From Patescibacteria group bacterium (lineage in GTDB: Bacteria > Patescibacteriota > Patescibacteriia > Magasanikbacterales > UBA922): a stretch of DNA of 64,000 nt. A program made the position numbers and the translations under genes. Positions 47,131 through 57,833 of the stretch are shown here, in pieces; position 1 is the stretch's first letter, and every line of letters starts with the position of its first letter. The stretch lies in contig JBAZZL010000003.1 in NCBI GenBank assembly GCA_041658785.1, positions 639 through 64,638 on the forward strand, given 5' to 3'. Under the pieces are notes generated by a model. That model worked only from the letters and a program-made list of their open reading frames with translations, had not been told where the DNA came from and ran no database searches.

Positions 47131-48504
47131 TTATACTGACGTTTCTTGTTGATAAGATGTGGCGATCAGCAAAGCGGGTAAGAGCCAAAATAATATTGCC
47201 AAATCATTTTTTATATATGGACTGTCAACTAAGCCAGTAACAACAATCGCGGTCATACTCGCGAGTAAAAAGATTGAAAGATTAAAAGATTGAAAGCTTG
47301 ACGTATTATCTTTAATCTTACAATCTTTTAATCTTTTAATCTTTAATACCCCAATTATTCCAGTTTTGAAGAACCAGACCATTATTAACAGAAAACCCAC
47401 AAGTCCGGTTAAACCCAAACCCACCCACATCGTTAAGAAAATATTATGCGGATGATGAAAGATTTCAATGCCCTCGCCGTTGACCGCAGTGTGATAGGGA
47501 ATGATTTTTTCTTTATAAGACGCCAGACCGGCGCCGAAGATTGGGTTGTCTTTTAGAAATTGCCAGGTTTCCTGATAAATAGAGAGGCGGATTTGGCCGG
47601 AGCGGTCTTGGAGAGTTAATTCTTTTTTGATGGGATTGTAAGCGGGGAGAAGGGCAAGGGTAAGGAGGCCGGAAGCCAGAAGGATGATGGTGATTAGCCG
47701 CGTTTTTTTATAAAAAAATAATAAGAGCGCGATTCCCGCGGCGAGGCCGGCGAGGCCGCCGGTGGATTTGGCGAAAATAATTGCCAGTGGTGATGAAATT
47801 AGAAATAAGAAACTAGAAACTAGGGTCAGCCAGTTTCCAGTTTCCAGTTTCCAGTTTCTTTTTTTCAACCTCTGAAAAGATTGGATTAGCAAATATAACG
47901 CAATCGGCACAATCGGCGCAAGAAACAATCCTACCGCATTCGGAAATCCATACCACCCAGTAACGCGGAAGGCGTTGCCGTTTTCCCAAAATGCGTAAGG
48001 AACCATGAAACCCGTGAAATGTTGATAGATGGCGAGAAGCGAAGTTGCCAGTCCGGATAGAATGAGAGCAAATAGGATTAAAGATTGAAGATTGAAGATT
48101 AAAGATTTTGTGGTTGATTGTTGATTGTTGATGGTGGTAATTAGGATAATGAAGATTAGAAACGGTTCAATGTAAAACGCTTTCCATTCCCCAGCCGCCG
48201 CTCGGACGTCAACCGAAGTGAATATTGAAGCGGTGGCGGCTACCAGGAAAATGAATGACCCGATGAATAAAATTTTATGTCGTAAAATCTGAAATCTGAA
48301 ATTTGAAATCTGAAATCTTTTGACAATCCAAACGGCGATGATAATCCAAATCATCGCTTCCAGCAGTGTCGTCGGCAACGGTCCAATATTGAAGCGGATT
48401 AAATATGTCGGCAATAGGAGAAATAAAAAAAACAGGCTGAGGCGGAAACGCAACCACGTGATTAAAACGAAGAATAATGAGTAAAGAATAATGAGTAGCG
48501 GCAT
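47131..48504 (-). CDS. O-antigen ligase family membrane protein
   Basis: Multi-TM; PNAVG, PIFGAGL, HPHNIFL. Confidence 0.85.
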   Translation of the reverse strand: MPLLIILYSLFFVLITWLRFRLSLFFLFLLLPTYLIRFNIGPLPTTLLEAMIWIIIAVWIVKRFQISNFRFQILRHKILFIGSFIFLVAATASIFTSVDVRAAAGEWKAFYIEPFLIFIILITTINNQQSTTKSLIFNLQSLILFALILSGLATSLLAIYQHFTGFMVPYAFWENGNAFRVTGWYGFPNAVGLFLAPIVPIALYLLIQSFQRLKKRNWKLETGNWLTLVSSFLFLISSPLAIIFAKSTGGLAGLAAGIALLLFFYKKTRLITIILLASGLLTLALLPAYNPIKKELTLQDRSGQIRLSIYQETWQFLKDNPIFGAGLASYKEKIIPYHTAVNGEGIEIFHHPHNIFLTMWVGLGLTGLVGFLLIMVWFFKTGIIGVLKIKRLKDCKIKDNTSSFQSFNLSIFLLASMTAIVVTGLVDSPYIKNDLAILFWLLPALLIATSYQQETSV

Positions 48505-48564
48505 ATTGCTTATTGTTTATCGCTTAGTTTCAATTCAGCGATAGGCGATAGGCGATATTTTCAA

Positions 48565-49983
48565 TCAATGCAACGATACTATTTCTTTTATTGTTTCTTT
48601 TGATATTCCACCAAGCGCGAGCAGCATGAGAGAGTAAACTGCGCCACCGATGATTGCGAGCATTATTACATGTAGATCTTTTAATAAAAATAACATTGCG
48701 GCCATGACAATCGCAGAGAAAATTATTTTAGCCAGTGTTTGCATCTGCAACTTTTCTTGGCTGTAATGCCGGATGGTAAAAAACAACATTATTCCGGCGT
48801 AGAGTTCGGAAAATACAGTCATCCATGCCGCGCCGTACATGCCGTATTGAGGAATGAAAATTAAATAGCCGATAAGCGTAATAATTGCGGTAGAAATATA
48901 AATCCAGATAGTCTGCTTTTGTTTGTTGATGGCGACCGCGGTGTGGCCAAAGACCGCACCGAGATACAGGCCAAAAACGGCAATGGCCAAGATTTGGAGG
49001 GCGTCGCCCGAAGCAATGAATTTTGGTCCAGCCACCAGCAACATTATTTTTTTAGCCAGCATGATTACTCCTATGGCCATGGGCACGGCAATCGCCATCA
49101 TGGCGTCAAACGATTGCTGGTAATGTCTTCTAAATCCCAATTTTAAATGGCGCGACCAGTGATAAGCCAAAAGCGGCAGCATTACGCCCATCAGCATCAT
49201 AGCCAGCTGGGTCAAAATATCAATTACTCGATAAGCAGCGCCATATATTCCCACTTCGGTTTGATCGCGGAAAATTGACAGGAGAATTACGTCTCCTTTT
49301 AAATAAATTACATTGAAAATTATGGAAACGGTGATTGGCCACATCTTCACCATGATTGTTTTCCAGATCTGCCAGTCAAAAGCAAAACCAGCCGGACTTT
49401 CTTGATTGGCGCAAATCCACAAGAACGCAGTATAAACAACGCTTGAAGCAACTACTACCCACACCAGAGTTAAAAAAGACGCTTGCAAGTTGATTAAAAG
49501 CCACAGACCAAGGACCAAGATTACCCTCCCAAGATTTTCGCCAATAACCTGAAAAAGCATCTTTAATTTAGTCTGATAAAAGCCGATCAATACCTGATTC
49601 ATGGCAATCGCAAAGAAGGAAATGGTGGTAAAGCTAATTGCCAGTTTAACTTCCAGCGGATAAGGGAAAAACAGCGCGATCAGCGGGGCGATCGCTAGAA
49701 ATATAATAGCGGTAGTAAAGCGGAAACCAAGCAGATTTTTGAATAATTGTTTTTTATCAAAAGCCGGCTCGCTCATCATCTGCGCTGTTACCGGCACCAA
49801 GCCGAAGTCAATCAGGATCCCGACAAAACCTAGAAAAGAAATAACGGTAATATACCAGCCAAACTGCTCTTGGCCCAAATACCTCGTCATCATGCCGAGC
49901 GCGAGCAACCCCAAGATTGTTGAGGTAATTTTTCCGATTATCTGAATGATGGTGTTGCGGGCGATTTTTTTTGTTAATGACAT
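48565..49983 (-). CDS. Polysaccharide flippase (Wzx-like)
   Basis: TRYLG..FG, DFGL, EVGIYGAAYR; many TMs. Confidence 0.87.
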   Translation of the reverse strand: MSLTKKIARNTIIQIIGKITSTILGLLALGMMTRYLGQEQFGWYITVISFLGFVGILIDFGLVPVTAQMMSEPAFDKKQLFKNLLGFRFTTAIIFLAIAPLIALFFPYPLEVKLAISFTTISFFAIAMNQVLIGFYQTKLKMLFQVIGENLGRVILVLGLWLLINLQASFLTLVWVVVASSVVYTAFLWICANQESPAGFAFDWQIWKTIMVKMWPITVSIIFNVIYLKGDVILLSIFRDQTEVGIYGAAYRVIDILTQLAMMLMGVMLPLLAYHWSRHLKLGFRRHYQQSFDAMMAIAVPMAIGVIMLAKKIMLLVAGPKFIASGDALQILAIAVFGLYLGAVFGHTAVAINKQKQTIWIYISTAIITLIGYLIFIPQYGMYGAAWMTVFSELYAGIMLFFTIRHYSQEKLQMQTLAKIIFSAIVMAAMLFLLKDLHVIMLAIIGGAVYSLMLLALGGISKETIKEIVSLH

Positions 49984-50137
49984 AATATCTTGTAACGCGC
50001 AACCTGTAACTTGTAACATACCATGCGTTTTTTGTCATTAAGATAAGTTACAAGTTACCGGTTACACGATGTAGGTTACAGTATATAGGAGAAAATTTCA
50101 ATTGCCACCCATCCGTTATTTTGTTATAATTATTCGC

Positions 50138-52102
50138 ATGAAAAGCAAACTTGGATATAAAAAAACACACATCCGTTCAGGGACGATTTTTTTTATCAGC
50201 CTCGTTTTATTTTTTGCCGCTGGGAATGTCCGAGCAATGGATTCCAAACCAACGATTCGCGATGAGGCTTATGCCGCTAAATATGTTTCCCAATCCATCG
50301 CTGATCCGATTGAGATTGAAGCCGGAACAGTAAAATGGATTAAAGTAAATTTTAAAAATGTTGGCATTGCCGCATGGGATAATGAGGGCAGTCGTCACAT
50401 TTCCGCCTACACTATGGAACCGCGTGATCGGGAATCGGTTTTTTATGGCGCTGGCGGTTGGAAAAGTCCGAAGCAGATCGGCCGCATGGTCGGCACAATA
50501 AAGCCTGGCGAAACAGGAGAATTTGGCATTCCTCTTTATGCTCCGGCGAAAATCGGTGAGTATACGGAAGAATTTTATTTAGCCGCGGAAAATTGGACAT
50601 GGGTGAAAGGAGGCTATTTCTTTTTAGATATTAAAGTAGTTCCAAAGACAGAAGAAGCGGCATCAGATGTTGATGAAAGCGAAACTGGTCCGCCAGCTGG
50701 CGGATTGAAATTTTCCCGCCCCGCATTGCGCGGGGTGGCGGGAGAAACTGAAAATGATGCGAATAAAGACGATGAAGGATCGTATCAAGCCAACCGTTTT
50801 ATTTTAAACAAGAAGTCAGTGACGGCCGCTGGCGGGGAGCGGGTGAAAATTATTTTAGGGTTTCAAAATTTAGGAACTGCCACCTGGAATAATTTTAGCA
50901 TCTCTGCCGGGACACCGACAACGCTAGCCTCCTTGCCGCAAAAAATTTCGCTGGCAGATGACACTTGGCAAGATCCAACGATCATTGTTAGTAAAGATAA
51001 AATTGTTGAACCTTCAGGGATCTTGCGCCAGGAGTTTTATTTTAGAGCGCCGGCAAAAGTTGGAAATTATACGGCTGAATTTGTTTTGTCCGTTGATGGA
51101 AAGTCAATCCATACTGTTTCCATCCCCGTGACAGTAACTTCTGACGCGCCCAGCTATGTTGAAAATCAGATTATACCGCAGGAAGAAATTTTTAAACCGC
51201 GCTTGGCAGAAGAACCGCGCCTCCGGGTTGGGCTGTGGCAGAAGCCGGAGATCAATACAGTACAATTTGTTTCGTATGAAGATGATTATGATGTTTTTGC
51301 CGGAATAGAAAACCGCGGACGGTTGGGAAAAATAAAAATTGGAATTTTAACTTATGCCGGCGGGGTGTATTCTTTTAAAGGCGGCGGAATAAATTTTCGG
51401 ACCAATGATTATATCCGCCTGTCTCCTGCCAGCAACCCGCACGCGGTGTTCACTCTTTACAATTGGACGCGGAATGTTGGTTGGAAAGGTCAAGGTAATT
51501 TCAATAAGTACCGTGGAGCTATGGAATTAAGAATTGGAGAAATAAACCCTGATCTGTGGGTAGTGAATGATTTGCTTTTAGAAGATTATATGAAAGGAGT
51601 CGCAGAAAATGCCAATACATCCCCGATTGAATACCTCAAAGCCCAGTCTGCGGCGCAGAGGTCGTACGCGTATTATACCAAGCAGAGCGATAAGTATGGG
51701 ATCTTTGATCTTGTCGCGACTACTGGAGACCAGCTTTATCTGGGATATAATAGCGAAGGGTTGCTTTCAAATTTTGTCACGGCAGTTGAGGCAACGCGCG
51801 GATACATGGCAACCTATGATATTGACTCAGATGCATCCACCCCAAACGAAGTGGTTATTACTCCTTATTATGCCAATTCCGACGGCCGCACTCGTTCGTG
51901 GAAAGAGGTCTGGGGCGGGGCAAACAAGGCGTGGCTGGTTTCTGTCACAGCTAATTATGATATTGGTAGAAAAATGTACGGCCATGGCGTGGGTATGAGC
52001 CAGCTTGACGCTTCTGCCCGGGCCAAAGCCGAGGGCTTGACATGGCAGGAACTGGTGAAGTATTATTATAAAGGGGTGGAGGTGGAGAGGATTTATGAAT
52101 GA
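50138..52102 (+). CDS. SpoIID/LytB domain protein with Ig-like domains
   Basis: LEDYMKGVAE, KAQSAAQRSYA, GHGVGMSQ. Confidence 0.85.
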   Translation: MKSKLGYKKTHIRSGTIFFISLVLFFAAGNVRAMDSKPTIRDEAYAAKYVSQSIADPIEIEAGTVKWIKVNFKNVGIAAWDNEGSRHISAYTMEPRDRESVFYGAGGWKSPKQIGRMVGTIKPGETGEFGIPLYAPAKIGEYTEEFYLAAENWTWVKGGYFFLDIKVVPKTEEAASDVDESETGPPAGGLKFSRPALRGVAGETENDANKDDEGSYQANRFILNKKSVTAAGGERVKIILGFQNLGTATWNNFSISAGTPTTLASLPQKISLADDTWQDPTIIVSKDKIVEPSGILRQEFYFRAPAKVGNYTAEFVLSVDGKSIHTVSIPVTVTSDAPSYVENQIIPQEEIFKPRLAEEPRLRVGLWQKPEINTVQFVSYEDDYDVFAGIENRGRLGKIKIGILTYAGGVYSFKGGGINFRTNDYIRLSPASNPHAVFTLYNWTRNVGWKGQGNFNKYRGAMELRIGEINPDLWVVNDLLLEDYMKGVAENANTSPIEYLKAQSAAQRSYAYYTKQSDKYGIFDLVATTGDQLYLGYNSEGLLSNFVTAVEATRGYMATYDIDSDASTPNEVVITPYYANSDGRTRSWKEVWGGANKAWLVSVTANYDIGRKMYGHGVGMSQLDASARAKAEGLTWQELVKYYYKGVEVERIYE

Positions 52103-52160
52103 GAAAATAGGAAATAAAAAAATAGGAAATTCATTAATTATTAATTTAGTATCTAATATT

Positions 52161-52664
52161 ATGTTAATAGAAACAACAATGGGCGGAAGCAGGAGGGCAG
52201 AAGGCGGGACAGATTTTTTTGGCGCAATGCGCGAAGAATTATCTCATTTTGATTATGCCAATTCCGACTACTGTACTCGTTCGTGGAAAGAGGTGTTGGC
52301 TGGACTAAGCAAAGGGCTTGATATACTGAAAAGATTAAAAGATTATAATGAAGATATGGATTACAAAGATAGCATAGGTGAAATTCAAGAAAGTCAGGAG
52401 GACTTTGATAGAAGACAGAAAGAAGAGGAAGACATAATTAGGATAGTTTTAAACGGGTTGAACGATATTTTTTCGTCTCATTTCAATGATGTTTCCATAG
52501 AGAGTATTGAAAGTGGATTATCTGATAAAGTGAAAAAGCGTTTTGGTATATCCAGAACTGCACATGGTGTTTTTGATGAATACTACAGGACTATTGACGA
52601 GGCTATAGGTTTAATTGAAGGAACAATGAGTTGGGCAAAAGATAAGAATAAAGAAAATGTCTAG
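52161..52664 (+). CDS. Hypothetical acidic protein
   Basis: ORF; start uncertain (52095 or 52161). Confidence 0.5.
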   Translation: MLIETTMGGSRRAEGGTDFFGAMREELSHFDYANSDYCTRSWKEVLAGLSKGLDILKRLKDYNEDMDYKDSIGEIQESQEDFDRRQKEEEDIIRIVLNGLNDIFSSHFNDVSIESIESGLSDKVKKRFGISRTAHGVFDEYYRTIDEAIGLIEGTMSWAKDKNKENV

Positions 52665-52717
52665 AGAGCTTATAAAAATCTTAAATTCTAAAAAAACGTG
52701 TTCAAACTGGAAAATTT

Positions 52718-53800
52718 CTAATTTCCAATCTCTTCTTCTGTGCTCGTCGCCTCTCCAGGCATTCCCTTTTCCTCCTCCGGCGCTTCGCCTTTGTCTACTA
52801 CTTCCCAAATTTTATCTCTGATTTCTTTAATTAATTTGGGATTTTCTTTCAAAAATAATTTTACTTTTTCTCTGCCCACTCCCAACTTTTCTTCGCCATA
52901 ACTGTAGCTGTTGCCGGATTTGTTCACCACTTTGTGCAGTACGGCCGCGTCAAGCGTGTCGCCAGACATTGAAATACCCTCATTGTACATGATATCAAAT
53001 TCCGTGGTGCGGAAAGGAGCCGCGACTTTGTTTTTTACTACTTTTACTTTTACCCGGTTGCCGATTACTTTTTCGGCTTGCTTTATTTGGGCAGACCGCC
53101 GCACTTCAATTCGGATTGAAGAATAAAATTTCAAGGCGTTGCCGCCGGTCGTGGTTTCCGGATTGCCGAAAAAGACGCCGATTTTCATTCTGGTTTGATT
53201 GATAAAAATAACAATCGTTTTGGTTTTGCTGACAATACCGGCAAGCTTGCGCAAGGCCTGGCTCATTAGTCTGGCTTGCAAACCCATATGCGAGTCGCCC
53301 ATCTCGCCTTCTATTTCCGCTCTTGGCACCAGAGCGGCGACAGAATCAATTACTACGATATCTACGGCGTTAGACCTTACTAACGTTTCCAAAATTTCCA
53401 ATGCCTGTTCGCCGGTATCCGGCTGGGAGATCAAAAGATTGTCCACGTCAACGCCAATCTTGCGCGCGTAATCAGGATCAAGCGCGTGTTCAGCGTCAAT
53501 AAAGGCGGCGATGCCGCCCTCTTTTTGGACTTCTGCGATAATATGCTGGGAGAGGGTTGTCTTTCCGCTTGATTCCGGTCCAAAGATTTCAATCACTCTG
53601 CCTCTCGGCACGCCTTTTACGCCAAGAGCAATATCAAGCGATATCGGGCCGGTTGATACGGCATCCACTTGCATGACGCGCGATTCGCCGAATTTCATGA
53701 TCGCGCCGTCGCCGTATTTTTGCTTAATTTGTTCCACAGCCATTTCAGCTGCTTTAATTTTGCCGGTTTGGCCGTTGGTGTCAGTTGTTGTTTTTGCCAT
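52718..53800 (-). CDS. recA: Recombinase RecA
   Basis: [27 protein letters not shown]. Confidence 0.98.
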   Translation of the reverse strand: MAKTTTDTNGQTGKIKAAEMAVEQIKQKYGDGAIMKFGESRVMQVDAVSTGPISLDIALGVKGVPRGRVIEIFGPESSGKTTLSQHIIAEVQKEGGIAAFIDAEHALDPDYARKIGVDVDNLLISQPDTGEQALEILETLVRSNAVDIVVIDSVAALVPRAEIEGEMGDSHMGLQARLMSQALRKLAGIVSKTKTIVIFINQTRMKIGVFFGNPETTTGGNALKFYSSIRIEVRRSAQIKQAEKVIGNRVKVKVVKNKVAAPFRTTEFDIMYNEGISMSGDTLDAAVLHKVVNKSGNSYSYGEEKLGVGREKVKLFLKENPKLIKEIRDKIWEVVDKGEAPEEEKGMPGEATSTEEEIGN

Positions 53801-53914
53801 AGTTTTTTGTTATAAGTTGAAAAAAGGAGGATAATCCTCCGATTGTGGATGTACAATACTGGTTTTTTAACAACGTGTCAAATAGGCGCGCATTTCTCTG
53901 GGGATGAGTTTTTG

Positions 53915-54592
53915 CTACTCTTTTAATACTACGTATCTTGTTTCGCTAGTTTTTTTTCCGTGTTTTTTTTCCGCTGTTACCACAATAGTATTTAGGCCGG
54001 GAACAAGGTTGATAATTTCATTAAATTGTCCGTCTTTTTTAGTTATTATTTTTTTGTCGTTTATTGAAACACCCGTTTCTTTTTCGGTTTTACCTTGAAC
54101 AGTCACGGTTGATTGGTTGCTTACGTACCCATTTTGCGGCGCCAAAAGCGTGAGTTCAGGCGGTTCAATAATATTTTTTACTTGAACAGCGAGATAGGTA
54201 ACAAAGGCTATTACCACTAAGGCGGCAAGAGCAAATCTGATTATTGACGGGATATTGCTCAAACTGATGTTTTGAATGTGTTTTTTTGGATGAGCCGCTC
54301 TTTCCGTGTTTTTTGTGTAATTTATTTCTTCTTCAATAAATTGCCGCAAAAAAGGAGCTGGTTCAATATTTATTGCCTCTAAATATTTTTTTACAAAATT
54401 TTTTTGATATATTTCTCCTTTAGGCAGTTTGTCAAATTCGCAAGCCTCTATTGCGCGCAGATGTTTTTTGCTGATCCGCGTTTTTTTTGAAAGAGCGGTC
54501 AAATTAACGCCCCTTTCTTTGCGAGCTTCTTTCAAACGCAAACAGATTCTTTTGGTTGCGGTTATTTTTTTTTTCTTAAAGACAGCGGCCAT
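53915..54592 (-). CDS. RodZ-like HTH membrane protein
   Basis: N-terminal HTH, one TM, C-terminal Ig-like domain; next to ftsK. Confidence 0.75.
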   Translation of the reverse strand: MAAVFKKKKITATKRICLRLKEARKERGVNLTALSKKTRISKKHLRAIEACEFDKLPKGEIYQKNFVKKYLEAINIEPAPFLRQFIEEEINYTKNTERAAHPKKHIQNISLSNIPSIIRFALAALVVIAFVTYLAVQVKNIIEPPELTLLAPQNGYVSNQSTVTVQGKTEKETGVSINDKKIITKKDGQFNEIINLVPGLNTIVVTAEKKHGKKTSETRYVVLKE

Positions 54593-54638
54593 ACCACAAA
54601 TAACAAATAACAAATAACAAATACAATTTTACCAATTA

Positions 54639-57188
54639 CTAATATCGTTCCTTTTCGTTTATTTTTTCTTCATCTTCTTCTAATTCTTCTTCATTTTTGT
54701 TTTCGTCTTTATCAAAAATTTCTTGCTCGCTTTCTTCCTCCACATCTGTTTCCGTTTCTTCTGTAACATCTTCGTTATAGTTTTCATCACCGGGTCCGTC
54801 ATTGTCTTTTTTTTCGTAATCATTATTTTTTATCTCATCATCTATCTCATCATCTTCCGCATTATTTCCAATTTCTTCATCAGAGTTTTCTTCATTTTTT
54901 TGGTTGCTGCCAGCTGATGGTTGTTCGTCGTCATCATTGAAAACATTTAAATTTCTGCCCGTATCGGTATCAATTTCCACTTCAGTTACGAGGATTTCAC
55001 GCGGCTTCGCGCCATCCGCTGGTCCGATTATTCCCGCTTCTTCCAATTCATCCAGAATGCGGGCGGCTCGCGCGTAGCCAATTTTTAATTTTCTTTGCAA
55101 AAATGAGGCGCTAGCTTTGCCAGCCTCAAAAATGGATTGTTTTGCTTCATTGAATAAGGGGTCTTGGTCATCACTCGGGCCGCCAAATAAATTTAATGTG
55201 CCACGGACGTTTTGTTTATCAACAATTGATTCATCGTATGCCGCATCCTCGCCTTTGGTGAGGTATTTTGTTATCGCCTGCAGTTCTTCTTCTGAAATAA
55301 AAGCTCCTTGGATGCGGATTGGTTTTGATAATTCCGCGGTTAAAAGCAGCATATCGCCGCGGCCCAAAAGTTTTTCCGCGCCGGGCATGTCAAGGATAGT
55401 TCTGGAATCAACCAGTGATGCCACAGAAAACGCAATCCGCCCGGGGATGTTGGCTTTCATTAATCCGGTAATAACGTCCACACTCGGCCTCTGGGTAGCT
55501 AGAATCAAATAAATGCCGACGGCCCGAGCCATTTGGGCCAGGCGGATAATTCCCGGTTCAACCTGGTTGGCCGCAGTTGCCATCAGATCGGCTAGTTCGT
55601 CAATTACAAAAATGATGTGCGGCAGCCGGTTGTTTGGGTGTTGTTTGTTGTACGAATGGATATCTCTATTCCCGGCTTGGGATAAAATTTCAAACCTTCT
55701 TTCCATTTCACTGATGGTCCACCTGAGCGCATTGATTGTTTTTTGGGTATTGGTAATAACCGGGGTAAGCAGATGAGGAATTCCGTCATAACTGGTAAGT
55801 TCAACTCGTTTTGGATCCACTAGAATCATCCGCAAAGTTTCCGCGGTATTTTGGTAAAGCAAACTCAGAAGGATTGTATTTATACAGACGGTTTTGCCAG
55901 AACCAGTCGCCCCGGCGATAAGCAAATGAGGCATGCGCGTAAGATCAATAAACCAGCTTTTGCCGGCAACGTCCGTACCCAGCGCGAGCATCATATTGTG
56001 CGGCCGTTCTTTAAATTCTTTGCTAAGCAGCAGCTCTTTTAGAGTAACGCGCGCGATTTTTTCATTTGGCATTTCAATTCCCACCAATGATTTGCCAGGA
56101 ATAGGCGCTTCAATCCTGATTGGGTGCGCCGCAAGGTTGAGAGAAAGATTATTTGAAAGAGCGGTGATGCGGGAAAGTTTGACGCCTTTTGCCGGCCGGA
56201 CCGAATATTGAGTGACAGAAGGCCCGATGCGAATATCTTCGACATCAACATTAATTTTAAACTGTCTGAACGTATCTTTTATTATCTCCGCGTTTTCTTT
56301 TATATCGCCGCTGGTAGGCTTGCCCTTTTTTGATGAAAGCAAAGAAAGAGGAGGCAGATTTTTTATAATTACGTTTTGCATGTAGGCCGCCTGATCAATG
56401 GCGTTTTTATTTTGTTTTTTTTCAGCCGGGGCTGTTTTTTCTATCTCGCCATCAGCTTCGCCGCCTTCAGCGGCGGCATCTTTTTCTTCACCAATGTTTT
56501 TTGAAAAGAAACGTCGTTTTGTCGGTGTGTCCGAGTCTTCGTTTTCTTCATCATCCACCTCACTTTCATAATTTTCATCAACATCGCCATCATAAATATC
56601 CGAGCCATTTTTTTTGGCGACAAATAAAGTTTTTACCAGATTGGTCAGACTTTTTCCGGCGAATCCAAGCGCGGCGAATAATTTTTTGTGGATTAAGATA
56701 AAGCGGGTTATGGCAGTATTAAAAATCAATAAAATAGAAACAAGAACCAGCGCGATTAAGATTATTATACTCGCCGCTGAACCAAGGTAATTTTTTAACA
56801 ACCATGCCGGCATGCCAAACAATCCGCCGCCATGGCCAGCCAATGCTTGACGCCACATTTCTTCGGTATTAAGCCCGACATGAAACAGGCTTGAGGCAGC
56901 GAGAAAGAAAAGAACCGCGCCAATCAGGTGAGTAGAACGATACTCATACTCCATCTCTCGCATGACGAACCATGCCAAGATCAAGATTATGGCTGGCGCG
57001 GTGAATCGTATAGCGCCAAACAAAAAACTTAAAATATAGTCATTAAGAATAACGCCGATAACTCCCGCTTTTTCAAAAAAACTCAAAATTATCAGGATAG
57101 CTAGGACAGACAACAAAATAGAAATAATACCGCGCGAAAGCACAGGATCCATATAGCTGGATTTGCGGCGGTATTTGTGTTTGGACAT
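54639..57188 (-). CDS. ftsK: DNA translocase FtsK
   Basis: PHLLIAGATGSGKT, DELADLM, ATQRPS, gamma domain IGYARAAR. Confidence 0.95.
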   Translation of the reverse strand: MSKHKYRRKSSYMDPVLSRGIISILLSVLAILIILSFFEKAGVIGVILNDYILSFLFGAIRFTAPAIILILAWFVMREMEYEYRSTHLIGAVLFFLAASSLFHVGLNTEEMWRQALAGHGGGLFGMPAWLLKNYLGSAASIIILIALVLVSILLIFNTAITRFILIHKKLFAALGFAGKSLTNLVKTLFVAKKNGSDIYDGDVDENYESEVDDEENEDSDTPTKRRFFSKNIGEEKDAAAEGGEADGEIEKTAPAEKKQNKNAIDQAAYMQNVIIKNLPPLSLLSSKKGKPTSGDIKENAEIIKDTFRQFKINVDVEDIRIGPSVTQYSVRPAKGVKLSRITALSNNLSLNLAAHPIRIEAPIPGKSLVGIEMPNEKIARVTLKELLLSKEFKERPHNMMLALGTDVAGKSWFIDLTRMPHLLIAGATGSGKTVCINTILLSLLYQNTAETLRMILVDPKRVELTSYDGIPHLLTPVITNTQKTINALRWTISEMERRFEILSQAGNRDIHSYNKQHPNNRLPHIIFVIDELADLMATAANQVEPGIIRLAQMARAVGIYLILATQRPSVDVITGLMKANIPGRIAFSVASLVDSRTILDMPGAEKLLGRGDMLLLTAELSKPIRIQGAFISEEELQAITKYLTKGEDAAYDESIVDKQNVRGTLNLFGGPSDDQDPLFNEAKQSIFEAGKASASFLQRKLKIGYARAARILDELEEAGIIGPADGAKPREILVTEVEIDTDTGRNLNVFNDDDEQPSAGSNQKNEENSDEEIGNNAEDDEIDDEIKNNDYEKKDNDGPGDENYNEDVTEETETDVEEESEQEIFDKDENKNEEELEEDEEKINEKERY

Positions 57189-57410
57189 AATGAACACATT
57201 GTAGCATAAAAAGGGAAATAAGAAAATAAAGAAATAGGGAAAAAATTGATATATACCCCTTCGCCTTATTAATTCCGATCCGCCTTTTGGGCGGATTAAA
57301 TTTTAATTATTTTGTTAAGTTTTAACTATAATTTAACGTTAAGCTACGGGGTATTATACGGAATTTAATTAGCAATTGAGTATAAAAAAAGCCGGTTAGG
57401 CGTTTTTTTA

Positions 57411-57565
57411 GTGTCTCCCATCTACAAAGCTGTGACACGAGCTCCATGTATTGAGTCAGGCCGGAGGACGGATCACACCTTCCCTTTCGGTTCAGCGGTT
57501 CTGTCGCTACGATCTGACAGCATAAGCTCGCGCACAGCTCTCTAGAGAGGAATTTTATCAGCATC
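57411..57565 (-). ncRNA. 6S-like structured RNA candidate
   Basis: Long rod GAGCTGTG-CGCGAGCT/AGCTCGTG-CACAGCTT with central open region; TTGACA-16-TATACT promoter (57599-57572); terminator near 57384-57410. Confidence 0.5.
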
Positions 57566-57733
57566 ATATATAGTATACCGCTGTATATGTTTTTGTCAAT
57601 AGAGTCAATAGAATAGATATGTAAGATTTGGCCAGACATTGACAGATTGAGTATATTTTCTTATACTACTGAAACATTATTAGCCAACGGTAGAATTTTA
57701 TAATGTTGTTTGCGCTTGATACCGTCATACATT

Positions 57734-57801
57734 ACTGTGAATTACCTTGAATTACGAAATGGGGGCGGGAATGACAAAAACCGACACTTCGCAATTCAAA
57801 G
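57734..57801. repeat. Minimal element with the same TTGAATTACGAA inverted ends
   Basis: CTTGAATTACGAA...TTCGCAATTCAAAG. Confidence 0.55.
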
Positions 57802-57833
57802 CATATTAACCAACCAATAGGCTGAAATTTATT

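Noticed and set aside
51867-52294. DGR template/variable repeat pair
   Set aside because: Too short, mismatches are not adenine-specific, and no reverse transcriptase is in the window.
57450-57480. SRP RNA (GTCAGGCCGGAGG on the plus strand)
   Set aside because: The helix-8 AGCAG partner is missing and wobble pairs favour the minus strand.
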